Sequence record: PP813861.1
Length of the DNA: 64,000 bases
Reading direction: 5' to 3' (one strand)
Below, one piece after another: positions 43,706 through 60,074 of this stretch. Every line of letters starts with the position of its first letter. Position 1 is the first letter of the stretch. Position numbers and translations under genes: made by a program. The notes under the pieces are model-generated. The model searched no databases and was not told the DNA's origin. It was given only the letters and a program-made list of their open reading frames with translations.

Positions 43706-44188
43706 CTACTCGTAGAGATATATAAGGACGTATCTTTTATTTTTAACTGGAGGGACTTCATGTGGCTCTGAACGGATTGGAAAAATAGTAGCCCTACCTG
43801 GTACATCCTGATAAAACTCACCATTGATCGTTATACCATCGCCATTGTCATTTAATGCAATAACCATGTTGTAACGATAAACAGCTTGGTCGATGTGTTC
43901 AGGCATACCTGTACCAATTTCATATCGGTTGATTAGAACTTCGCCTAACCAAGCACCTTCTACCTTAGGTGCAATATGAAATAGTAATTCCCGTAATTCC
44001 ATTGGCATTTGGTTATGCCCTAAAAACCAATAATCACACTCAGTGATACCTTTGGTTGGGATACTATTAATTTTTTTCCGATTAAACCACCAGGAATCTC
44101 CTAGTGTATCCAGATAAGATACAAGGTCAGCTGCAAATTCAGCTGAAAACACGTCCTTGGTCGATCTTTCGTGGGCCGATAAGCTCAT
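43706..44188 (-). CDS. 2OG-Fe(II)-dependent dioxygenase (P4H/AlkB superfamily)
   Basis: About 160 aa from MSLSAHE (AGGTGG RBS). INRYEIG...EHID (HxD), PHEVPPV (distal His), KRYVLIY (2OG-binding Arg). Confidence 0.8.
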   Translation of the reverse strand: MSLSAHERSTKDVFSAEFAADLVSYLDTLGDSWWFNRKKINSIPTKGITECDYWFLGHNQMPMELRELLFHIAPKVEGAWLGEVLINRYEIGTGMPEHIDQAVYRYNMVIALNDNGDGITINGEFYQDVPGRATIFPIRSEPHEVPPVKNKRYVLIYLYE

Positions 44189-44741
44189 GCAGGCCACCTG
44201 CATATCGATGTGCTTTCTCAGCGTCGAGATCTTCCCTGGATTTATAGATAACGTCTGGGCTCTCAATTAGGGCCTCCTTATGCGCGCGATTAGTTCGTTT
44301 AACAAGATCAATATAATCAAGCATTTCTTCTAGTTCATCTAACTCTTGACCATATTTTTCAGCTAGCTGTTTAATTGCACGTGCAAGGATATTAATTTGC
44401 TCAGTCACTGGATAGCGTTCAGTAATTTTGTAGGCCACTTTACTATTTAAGTGATCTTCAGTAATCACTTGTGGCGCTTCTTCTTTAGGAACAATCTTCC
44501 AATCGGAAAGTGTAGGTTGTTTACCAGGTGTATTACTTACGACTACATCATAAGTACCCATTTCGGCTTCAACAAAAATGGTGTGCTCACGTGACTTAGC
44601 ATCGAATGCATCTAAAGGTAGATAGCCTACGCTTTGTAGGAATACCTCAGAAGTACGGTTAAACATTAATAGTACTTTTACTTTATCTTCAGTAGGCGCA
44701 GTAGCTAAAGATAGTTCTTGGAGTGATAACGGATTATTCAT
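44139..44741 (-). CDS. Putative tail fibre assembly/accessory protein
   Basis: Start MNNPL overlaps the gp135 stop (TAATG), 200 aa. The ERYPVTEQINIL motif resembles fibre chaperone-like proteins. Confidence 0.5.
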   Translation of the reverse strand: MNNPLSLQELSLATAPTEDKVKVLLMFNRTSEVFLQSVGYLPLDAFDAKSREHTIFVEAEMGTYDVVVSNTPGKQPTLSDWKIVPKEEAPQVITEDHLNSKVAYKITERYPVTEQINILARAIKQLAEKYGQELDELEEMLDYIDLVKRTNRAHKEALIESPDVIYKSREDLDAEKAHRYAGGLHELIGPRKIDQGRVFS

Positions 44742-46132
44742 TATACAAGTGCTCCAGCTCGAATCATCCAACGCCATGTACCATTATTTCTAACTGCTAC
44801 ATATTGCTGGTAATAATAGGCTTCAAAGGGGGTATTAGTTCTAACACCTACAACAGCGTAAGTGCCTTCAGGATATTTGGTATTATCTGTAAACATCGTA
44901 TTTAACGTGTTTAATGCTTCTGCTTCACTATTTACCTGACCTAAGGTAATGGCTTTAATCTTATCTTTGTTCCACTCTTTAAAAGCTTCAACCCAGTCTT
45001 GCCAAGTACCATCGCTTGCTAGATAATATCTCTCAGGGTCATTTAATATTGATGCATTACCTTTACCTAATGCATTCCATTTAAATACGCCACTAGTTAC
45101 TTCTTCAGCTGGAATATCTTTTCGAACATCATTCCAGAAATTCTGATATACCTTACCTGTTCCAGTAACTGGATAACCCTGACTATTAGTAGTAGCACCA
45201 ATAGTGGTCGCATTAGCAGCTTGTTCATTAATACCTAATAATGGAGTTATTTTAGAATCCATCACTGGTTTGGTATATGATCCAACTTGGTCAGCTGTGA
45301 CAGCATGTGGGTTATTAAAGTTTTTAATATGTGCTGCAAGTTTAGCCAACGTATCAATATTAAGAATACGATAAATACCACCAATTGGCATGTATTTATT
45401 ATTTACGTTTCTATTAACTGACTCAGCTTCAGTAGCAAAACCCCAGTTGGATATCTTATCAAGCGGTGGAATTAACTTGAATCGATCATCAGCATGCGGA
45501 TTATTATAATCAGTTAAGTGTGCTGTAACTCGATCTCTATAATCGTCCACAGCGGTTTTTGCATCAGTGAGATAAACTTTATAATAATCATCGGCAGCAT
45601 TATCCATGGCACTTCTACCGACCCGATAAGCATGTGCTATTCGGTTTAATTCAGTTACCATTGTATCTGTGCCATAAATCTGCCAATATTCATGGCCGTG
45701 AGGTGCAGGCGGATATGCATCGGGTTTACCAATAATATCATCCCAAGTGAAACTTAATTCATCTAATTCAAGTTTATCAAAAACAGCTTTAAGTTCTAAT
45801 GCTGAAATACTAAAGAAACCACCAACTGCTCTATATGTAACTTGGACATTAGGACTAACATTAGGATCAGTTACTACAACAATACCCATTACTTCTAAGC
45901 CAGTCATTTCAGATAACTGTGAATAAAGATAGGTTGTTTTATATTGATCTTTGTTTAAAGATAAACCAGTCTTCTTATCACGTAGATTAAAGTCCTTAGT
46001 ATAAAAACCACCATGTGTACACATAAGTACGCGATGTGTTTTATTATTGACTTGAATAAGTGTGTGATCCTCATCTACAATGTAATTAGATGCTAATTTA
46101 GCTTTTAGATCTAATGGTAAAAAAGTAATCAT
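44741..46132 (-). CDS. gp131-family tail fibre/baseplate protein (phiKZ gp135-like)
   Basis: 463 aa with HLTDYNNPH and HIKNFNNPHAVTADQV repeats; paralogous N-terminus. Confidence 0.78.
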   Translation of the reverse strand: MITFLPLDLKAKLASNYIVDEDHTLIQVNNKTHRVLMCTHGGFYTKDFNLRDKKTGLSLNKDQYKTTYLYSQLSEMTGLEVMGIVVVTDPNVSPNVQVTYRAVGGFFSISALELKAVFDKLELDELSFTWDDIIGKPDAYPPAPHGHEYWQIYGTDTMVTELNRIAHAYRVGRSAMDNAADDYYKVYLTDAKTAVDDYRDRVTAHLTDYNNPHADDRFKLIPPLDKISNWGFATEAESVNRNVNNKYMPIGGIYRILNIDTLAKLAAHIKNFNNPHAVTADQVGSYTKPVMDSKITPLLGINEQAANATTIGATTNSQGYPVTGTGKVYQNFWNDVRKDIPAEEVTSGVFKWNALGKGNASILNDPERYYLASDGTWQDWVEAFKEWNKDKIKAITLGQVNSEAEALNTLNTMFTDNTKYPEGTYAVVGVRTNTPFEAYYYQQYVAVRNNGTWRWMIRAGALV

Positions 46133-47505
46133 TATGCCGGTTCCCCTATATTAGTCCACGTTGATCCAACTTTACGTAGGAATAGAGTATTCCTATAGGA
46201 AGTAGCTGTTGTACCATTGCCATGTCCAATAACGAATTCTTGATCGTAATGGCAAATAGCTAATGAACCAGGCCACCATTGTTCAGGATCTGAGAAGTAT
46301 GTGTTATGGAAGGCAATTGCTTCTTGAATAGATTTAAAGTTGGTGTTATTCCAGTGGACCATCGTCCCTGTTTTTTGGAAGCGATTAAATATAAAACCGA
46401 AATGAGTCCATTGACCATTAGGCATCAATGTCCAATCACGGCCTGGCCAGGTAGCTGAATTACCAATCCTACCAGGTGCTAGTCGACCAGTCGTCAATAC
46501 ACTTAAAGGCATTTTAGCACGTACTGTTTCACCCATGCTATAAACATCTTGACCAAATAAAAGTTTAGACGTATTGGCTGTTTTACCTTTATCTAATTTT
46601 TGATTTAGTAAAATATTAGCTTGAGTAACAGTATACGTATTTAATTGTTCAGCCGTTACCCTGTGTGGGTTAGTGGTGACATCATTAACGTGTGCCAGAT
46701 ATTGAACTGTATAATTGGTATCAACTGATAACTTCATTGACCATGGCGTAGCATAGACATTCATGATAGCGCCATTTGGCTGTTTGGCTTGTGTTTCAGT
46801 TGCAATGCCAGCATTATAAACATTACCTAATGCCACTTGCCCTTTACGTGTCTGGTGTGGGTTAGTGGTGGTATCATTGATGTGTGTAGTAAGTCGTGCT
46901 TCAATTGTATTAAGATCAGCTTCTATTAGACTTAACTGATATTTAAACTCATCTAAAATGGAGTCATATGAGTCTGATGAGCTTTTCTTTAATAAGTCAG
47001 TTATTTCTTTTAACTTAACAACTCTAGGCGTAAAACCATAAAGTTCCCAATAGGCATGCATATGTCCATTAGGTTTAAATTGGTCAGGAATATCTAAAAT
47101 ATTAGACCAATGTGGTTTACGGGTATTATTTAAAAGAGCGTTAGCATGCTCAGATATGGAAGGGGAAAGGTTACAGTATATACCACCGCACATCTGAGCA
47201 TCAATGTAAATATCCTCGTGGACATCTTGTTTTGTAATAACAATTACTGAACACGCTTCAAGTCCAGTCTTCTCGATTACTTCTGGATTAATACCAGTAC
47301 ACTGATAATCCATTTCTGGATTTAACTCATTCTGCCTACCATCTCTGATAACCATTCCTTTAGTGTAAAAGTAACCCTTATCCATCACGATGATGCGATA
47401 GGGGAATCCTTTCTGTTTTGCTAGTGAATGGTATTCACCCTTTGTTCGGTTACTATAACTCTCTCCAGTTTCATCAAATGGAAGAGGTAAAAGTAATGGA
47501 TTCAT
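46132..47505 (-). CDS. gp131-family tail fibre/baseplate protein (phiKZ gp134-like)
   Basis: 457 aa with NPHQTRKGQVALGNV and NPHRVTAEQL repeats. Confidence 0.78.
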   Translation of the reverse strand: MNPLLLPLPFDETGESYSNRTKGEYHSLAKQKGFPYRIIVMDKGYFYTKGMVIRDGRQNELNPEMDYQCTGINPEVIEKTGLEACSVIVITKQDVHEDIYIDAQMCGGIYCNLSPSISEHANALLNNTRKPHWSNILDIPDQFKPNGHMHAYWELYGFTPRVVKLKEITDLLKKSSSDSYDSILDEFKYQLSLIEADLNTIEARLTTHINDTTTNPHQTRKGQVALGNVYNAGIATETQAKQPNGAIMNVYATPWSMKLSVDTNYTVQYLAHVNDVTTNPHRVTAEQLNTYTVTQANILLNQKLDKGKTANTSKLLFGQDVYSMGETVRAKMPLSVLTTGRLAPGRIGNSATWPGRDWTLMPNGQWTHFGFIFNRFQKTGTMVHWNNTNFKSIQEAIAFHNTYFSDPEQWWPGSLAICHYDQEFVIGHGNGTTATSYRNTLFLRKVGSTWTNIGEPA

Positions 47506-47516
47506 CTAAACTATCC

Positions 47517-48905
47517 TTATGGAATTACCCAGCCACCTTGTGAACGGAAACACACGTAGTTAGGAGTATAATCAACGAAAATCAATCCGTTACCAGCCGC
47601 CTGGATTTTCTGTTCTTTAATAGTGAAGAATACAGTAGATCCAATAGGCCATGCATCTGGATTAGTGAAGTTAGTTCTACAGAAATCTAATGCTGCTTGC
47701 ACGGATGGTTGTAATCCTAGTGCATAAAACTTTAACTTAACCGGATATGAATACTCTGTGGCTAATTGATCAAAGTGTGTAAAAATACCATTCCCACGGA
47801 GTGGTGCTTTCCATTGTCCCATTGTCCCGGAACCAATCCGATTTATATTGATGACATTACTCTGGCCATCGCCAGCTGTAAAGTTCACGTCTGTGTCAAA
47901 GTTCTTACGCATCCACCAAATAAGATCGCTATAACCCATTAAAGTAGCAGTTGGTTGCCCTTTAGGTTTATAATAAACCATATTAGTATTAGCTACTGTA
48001 TCAGTCTTTAAATATTTACCAGTAATTCGTGAATCAAAATCACTTTTCAAATACGACTGTACATGCGTATTTTTTACTTTATGTGGATTATCACGGCGAG
48101 CTATGTGGACATTAAGTGGTTTTATAGCTATTTCATCTAATACGCCATATGCTAACTGCGGTGTTAGATAATGTGCATTAGATTGACCTAGTTGAGCAAT
48201 GGCTGGAGTAGCCAATGGAAAGTTATTAACTAAACCTAGTTCAACATTAGTTGGGGTAATCTTGTGTGGATTAGCTTTATCTTGAATATGTTTTTCTAGG
48301 CGATCATTAAATTTCTTTAAGAACTCATCATAAATCTCTTTAACTTTACTACGGTATTCATCTTCACCGCTTGTATCACCAGCCATGAGTGCCTGTGTTA
48401 TCCACTCCATCTCGTTATTATAAGGCTGATACGTATCAAGATGCCATCGTTCGCCAACTAACTCACCGTCTTTCCAATATGGTTCGTTACCAGTGTAGTC
48501 GAGATCTTTTGGCTTTGGCTTACCATTTGTTTTCCACCAGTTAATATAATCGTCGATAACTGTGAAACTAAACGCTAGATCACCGCCTACCATGTGAGCT
48601 GAAGTATACACTATTGGTGTACTAGGTGTTTTTAAGAAAACAATTGCTGAACATATTTCTTGACCGACATACGCACTAGCATCTTTGTGATAATAAGTAA
48701 CAATATAATCAATATCTTTAACTAAACGATTATATTTACCATCATAAACTTCTAACCCTTTTGTATAGAATCCACCATGATATAACTTGATGATTCTATA
48801 GTCGAATCCCTGATACTGAACTAGAGTATGAGGCTCGCTACCAATGAAACAATCTGGATTTGTACCTAATGGATCAAATGGTAATTGTAAAATAGGATTA
48901 TACAT
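47517..48905 (-). CDS. gp131-family tail fibre/baseplate protein (phiKZ gp133-like)
   Basis: 462 aa with LPFDPLGTNPD start and HIQDKANPHKIT repeats. Confidence 0.78.
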   Translation of the reverse strand: MYNPILQLPFDPLGTNPDCFIGSEPHTLVQYQGFDYRIIKLYHGGFYTKGLEVYDGKYNRLVKDIDYIVTYYHKDASAYVGQEICSAIVFLKTPSTPIVYTSAHMVGGDLAFSFTVIDDYINWWKTNGKPKPKDLDYTGNEPYWKDGELVGERWHLDTYQPYNNEMEWITQALMAGDTSGEDEYRSKVKEIYDEFLKKFNDRLEKHIQDKANPHKITPTNVELGLVNNFPLATPAIAQLGQSNAHYLTPQLAYGVLDEIAIKPLNVHIARRDNPHKVKNTHVQSYLKSDFDSRITGKYLKTDTVANTNMVYYKPKGQPTATLMGYSDLIWWMRKNFDTDVNFTAGDGQSNVININRIGSGTMGQWKAPLRGNGIFTHFDQLATEYSYPVKLKFYALGLQPSVQAALDFCRTNFTNPDAWPIGSTVFFTIKEQKIQAAGNGLIFVDYTPNYVCFRSQGGWVIP

Positions 48906-48934
48906 AAGAAATACCTTTTAACTGAAACAGCAAA

Positions 48935-48963
48935 AAGAGACACAGCTTTTGGCTGTGTCTCTT
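48935..48963 (-). terminator. Intrinsic terminator
   Basis: AAGAGACACAGC / GCTGTGTCTCTT 12-bp stem. The minus strand continues with T residues; TTATGC lies on the other flank. Confidence 0.7.
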
Positions 48964-48979
48964 ATGCCAGGTCAGATGT

Positions 48980-49312
48980 TTATAGACGGTCTGCTGCGTC
49001 ATTAAATAATTTCGCAAGTGGACCGTATATGTGCACTCGATTATAATCATCTGTCCGTTTAGGAGTCATGTACGTAGTGTTATTGAAACCTTCTTGTGCA
49101 CGCTTCTTAGTAGCTGGACGATAGTTAGCCACATTACCAAGACCAATATCCGATGGTTGCAGATTATGTGGGTTACCTCTAGCTGCAATATGCCCATTGA
49201 TCCTATTAATAACGGCTATGAATTTATTAAGGACTGCCTTAGTAAATAAGCCTTGATTACTAATAGAAGCATTTATTTGAGCATCCATCTCTTGACGTGT
49301 AACTTCTGCCAT
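48980..49312 (-). CDS. Short gp131-family protein (phiKZ gp132-like)
   Basis: 110 aa with a single HIAARGNPHNLQPSDIGLGNVANY repeat. Confidence 0.72.
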   Translation of the reverse strand: MAEVTRQEMDAQINASISNQGLFTKAVLNKFIAVINRINGHIAARGNPHNLQPSDIGLGNVANYRPATKKRAQEGFNNTTYMTPKRTDDYNRVHIYGPLAKLFNDAADRL

Positions 49313-49324
49313 TTTTAAATCCTC

Positions 49325-51640
49325 TTATGGACCAGTGGGTGGAGTTGGTTCAATATGTTTCACACGTGTACCCCTGCCATTCCATAATAAGGAGTTATCA
49401 GGTGAATCTCCCCAGAACATGACTTGATTCAAAGTATTTACTGTCACAGTGAAATTATGCCCTGCTGCCAATTGAATATACGGTCCAGCATGATCATCCA
49501 CGTCACATTGTCCATTATCGTTATTTCCGAAGAAAGCGATTTGGCCATCACCATACATCACAGTGTAATGTGTATATAATCCTGATACACCACCAATTGG
49601 GTTACTATATACATTAGCAGTTACATCGTTACCACGTCCATCGAACCATAATGGCGAGATAACCGTAAAGGATGTATCATTACCATTGCGGATGATTTCC
49701 ATGACATGTACTTTACTAGATTCAGATGTGTAATCTTCAGAGGCAGCTAATGGGTCTATTGAATGTATGATGATGTGGGTGCAACCAATTGACATTGAAT
49801 CAATAACATGATTCAATGGTTTAATTGTGTTGTTAACAAAATCATTAAAAGCACTAACGAAGCTTGGGATACCATAAGCTGTATATACATAGTCAGCACT
49901 GCTAGCTGGACCTATGTTTACAACAACTGTCATTTCACCAGGATAGGTATCTTCAGTATTGGTAAATAAAGCCCATGGTTTATTAGCAGCAGGTACTAAT
50001 AGTTCAGATGTACCACCTTTAACACAGCGATAAAGATCTTGGTGCTCAAAGCTAGCTGATTCACCTGTTGAACTAAAGATAAACTTACCTGTTAACATAT
50101 ACAGAGATGTTTTATTTGCCCAGATACTTGAAGGGATATTCCCATCTATAGGTGCAGTCCATTCTACTGGAATTGGTATCATCTCATCGACTTTAGTTTC
50201 ATCGATACATGCTGACTTGGCTACACCATTTTCTACCCAATACTGACCATATCGGTGAGATACCCAAGATTCCTGAGCATAGCCTAAGCGCTCTGGCATA
50301 ACTACATAAGGGTTAGCTGGCGATTTAGGATGAACTATATGGTCATCTCTGACAATTGTACAATCCCACCAACTATTAAATCCAGCATAAGCGTGGAAAC
50401 CTGCCATGACACCTTGAATTAATTCCATTCGGTCATATTCACTGGTATCATCTACAATAACTGGCAATGTATCTATCTTTAATTGTGCATCATCCCAGTT
50501 AGCGTTATAGCCGGCTGCCATCCTTTCAATATCACCGAATGATGGGAATTCATCTTTCCATTGCTCAGGTGTTAATCCACCAAAGGTAGAAGCATCGCCA
50601 CCACCTAGTCCTGCCAGTAGTTGATCAACTTGTGTTTTAGTATATGCATTAACCTGGTCGGCAGTTACAACGTGTGGGTTATTTTCATTACTAATATGTT
50701 GGTTAAGTTTCTCTTCTAGTTCATTAATTCTAGAAGCATCACCAATCTGACTATAGAGAATAGATGCAGTATAAGGTGTTAATAATACCGAATTATTAGT
50801 TACATCTACTGCGGTGGTTGGTGTTGCAGCTGGATAGTTAGGAACATTACCTAAATTAATATCAGCTGCTGTTAGACCGTGTACATTACCCCTAGCCGCT
50901 ATGTGAGCATTAAGTGGATTTACGGCAAACTTATTGACTAATGCTAATGTACCACGTGGGTTCGTAAATAGATCATTACGATTAGCATCTAAATGCTGTT
51001 GATCAGTTGCCATCGCATAGTTTGGAACTAGTGCCAAGCCAACTTGTGCTTTAGTTACCCTGTGTGGGTTGTTATAATCACGAATATGTTGGTCAGTTGT
51101 ACCGGCAGCCGCAGCACGGATAGCTTCTATAATACCTTCGATACCTTCAAGAATCTCTTTACTACCTACTAATGAATCAATAGGTTGATTGTGTTCTAAA
51201 GGTGGGAAAGAAGCAGGTAATGGACCAATTGCACCCCATGACCGAATCAAGGGGTTATACTGTTTGCGTGCAAGCTCAGCCAGGATTTGTTGATTACTAA
51301 ATCCCCATTGCCCACCTATTGTACGATAATCCATACCAATCATAGCGTTTATCGAACGCTTCATGATACGTATAGATCCAGCGATAGGTCTACCTATCGA
51401 TTCCATAGCTTCAATAAACCAATGCCCAATAAGGTAATCAACACCTTCTACATAAGTCTGATTGGTCAGTGGGTTAAATAGTCGTAATGAATCTACAAAG
51501 AAAGGTGCAGCAAATGGTATAATGAAATAATAATCATCACCATCTGGTACCTGGAGAGTTTGGCGCTCACCTTTAATAAAGTTCTGGGGATTTGTTCCAT
51601 TGGGGTCGAATGGATATAACCCAGTTTCACCGTGGGCCAT
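49325..51640 (-). CDS. Tail fibre/baseplate periphery protein (phiKZ gp131-like) with C-terminal beta-propeller
   Basis: 771 aa with three NPH/NVH repeats; C-terminal RCC1-like GNNDNGQCD...QLAAGHNFTV. Confidence 0.82.
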   Translation of the reverse strand: MAHGETGLYPFDPNGTNPQNFIKGERQTLQVPDGDDYYFIIPFAAPFFVDSLRLFNPLTNQTYVEGVDYLIGHWFIEAMESIGRPIAGSIRIMKRSINAMIGMDYRTIGGQWGFSNQQILAELARKQYNPLIRSWGAIGPLPASFPPLEHNQPIDSLVGSKEILEGIEGIIEAIRAAAAGTTDQHIRDYNNPHRVTKAQVGLALVPNYAMATDQQHLDANRNDLFTNPRGTLALVNKFAVNPLNAHIAARGNVHGLTAADINLGNVPNYPAATPTTAVDVTNNSVLLTPYTASILYSQIGDASRINELEEKLNQHISNENNPHVVTADQVNAYTKTQVDQLLAGLGGGDASTFGGLTPEQWKDEFPSFGDIERMAAGYNANWDDAQLKIDTLPVIVDDTSEYDRMELIQGVMAGFHAYAGFNSWWDCTIVRDDHIVHPKSPANPYVVMPERLGYAQESWVSHRYGQYWVENGVAKSACIDETKVDEMIPIPVEWTAPIDGNIPSSIWANKTSLYMLTGKFIFSSTGESASFEHQDLYRCVKGGTSELLVPAANKPWALFTNTEDTYPGEMTVVVNIGPASSADYVYTAYGIPSFVSAFNDFVNNTIKPLNHVIDSMSIGCTHIIIHSIDPLAASEDYTSESSKVHVMEIIRNGNDTSFTVISPLWFDGRGNDVTANVYSNPIGGVSGLYTHYTVMYGDGQIAFFGNNDNGQCDVDDHAGPYIQLAAGHNFTVTVNTLNQVMFWGDSPDNSLLWNGRGTRVKHIEPTPPTGP

Positions 51641-51737
51641 GGTTGCCCTCCTTTAATAAAACGCTATTGCGCAATTTGTTAGCGTAATGATGTGAAATTC
51701 ACATAGGATTGTCCAATCATTCCATGGAGACTAATAG

Positions 51738-53021
<1,284 letters not shown>

Positions 53022-53024
53022 CGT

Positions 53025-53057
53025 CATAATGCCCTCCCGTAATGGGAGGGCATTATG
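53025..53057. terminator. Bidirectional hairpin, perfect member of the CATAA-hairpin-TTATG family
   Basis: CATAATGCCCTCCC-GTAAT-GGGAGGGCATTATG is a perfect 14-bp stem between convergent genes. Confidence 0.85.
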
Positions 53058-53068
53058 TTGTTTAGAAA

Positions 53069-55762
<2,694 letters not shown>

Positions 55763-55782
55763 CTAAATTTTAAAGTGAGTAA

Positions 55783-57963
<2,181 letters not shown>

Positions 57964-57970
57964 GGAGCGA

Positions 57971-58846
<876 letters not shown>

Positions 58847-58854
58847 GGTGTGTA

Positions 58855-59298
58855 ATGGCTGATACAAGAGCTGAATTAGTAGCTGCTTGGAATGTGGCTA
58901 ATAAACCTAAAGATAATAATGGTAAGCCTAGGGATTTAACTGTTGATGATGTTGAATTTATAGGGACTGATACATTCTTAGCAACTGGTACAAATGCCAA
59001 AACAACAATGAGAGCGAAGACCAGTTCACTTTATTTTAAAGGTGAGACAGTTATTTACTTTAATAGACGCTCTTTACCAGAGTACTGTCTTGGTATAAAA
59101 GTACCGGGTAAACCAACTGACTATACTGATAATTTAGAAGTAGCTGAAAAATTAAGAGATGTTTACGGTATTCCATTTATTATAGATGAGATACAACCGC
59201 AACCTATTACTGGGAATACGGTTACGATACATCCATACTTTAATAACTTGTCGTGGATACCAACAATACCAGTAACTCTTGAATTTGAAAGTAGTTAA
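58855..59298 (+). CDS. Virion protein with a Y-x-R domain (phiKZ gp126-like)
   Basis: 147 aa with YFNRRSL and NLSWI; GAGGTG RBS. Confidence 0.65.
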   Translation: MADTRAELVAAWNVANKPKDNNGKPRDLTVDDVEFIGTDTFLATGTNAKTTMRAKTSSLYFKGETVIYFNRRSLPEYCLGIKVPGKPTDYTDNLEVAEKLRDVYGIPFIIDEIQPQPITGNTVTIHPYFNNLSWIPTIPVTLEFESS

Positions 59299-59312
59299 AT
59301 AAAAAAAATAAA

Positions 59313-59349
59313 GACATAGCCCCTCTCCATGCGGAGAGGGGTTTATGCC
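59313..59349. terminator. Bidirectional hairpin terminator, CATAA-hairpin-TTATG family
   Basis: GACATAGCCCCTCTCC-ATGC-GGAGAGGGGTTTATGCC between convergent genes. Confidence 0.8.
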
Positions 59350-59361
59350 ATTACTTAATTA

Positions 59362-59994
59362 TTACCATTCAACCTTAAATTCACCGCATTTAAATGACAG
59401 TTTATTAGATCGATGATCTCGCCCAAACCAACATCCTTCCTTGGTAACTGCATCTGCGATTTGTGGTTTAACCATATTGTTTTTGTATGATTCACGAAGT
59501 GCAGTATATAGGGCTTTATGACATGTTTCGAAGAATACCTTATTAATAGGATTCTTATCATTAACTCGTGCTAGTGAATGTTTATCAAGAAGAGTGTGCA
59601 TTCCAATTGAATACTTCTGGATAGTTTCTAGATCTTTCTTAAGCGCCCAGATACCATAAGTTACTTTTAGAGAAGTATTAGCTTTGGTTGATGGAATAAA
59701 TGCTGATGGGTCATCAATCATTGGTGCTAATTGCTCAGTGGAATATGGATTATAAGAAAGATATTGTTGGCCATCCCAAATATACATATCCATTGTATCT
59801 TGAACGACATATAGAACTAGAACTTTACCATTTGCCGGTAGATCACATTTTGTATTTACTTCTACAGTGTCATTAAAATCTGGTTTATAGTTACTATAAC
59901 TATTCATCAATACCACATCATCGAATAGTCCTGCCATATTCACCGTATTTTTGTTTAGTAATTCTTTAAAGAATTTATTCATTTTAGCTAGCAT
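59362..59994 (-). CDS. Hypothetical protein
   Basis: 210 aa with an AAGGAG RBS. Confidence 0.75.
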   Translation of the reverse strand: MLAKMNKFFKELLNKNTVNMAGLFDDVVLMNSYSNYKPDFNDTVEVNTKCDLPANGKVLVLYVVQDTMDMYIWDGQQYLSYNPYSTEQLAPMIDDPSAFIPSTKANTSLKVTYGIWALKKDLETIQKYSIGMHTLLDKHSLARVNDKNPINKVFFETCHKALYTALRESYKNNMVKPQIADAVTKEGCWFGRDHRSNKLSFKCGEFKVEW

Positions 59995-60047
59995 TGTATT
60001 ACTCCTTTTTTACAATATTTGATTAAACTATACATTACTCATAAATA

Positions 60048-60067
60048 AGCCCCTCCGAAGAGGGGCT
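60048..60067 (-). terminator. Intrinsic terminator with UUCG loop
   Basis: Minus strand AGCCCCTC-TTCG-GAGGGGCT then TATTTATG. Confidence 0.75.
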
Positions 60068-60074
60068 TTCATGC

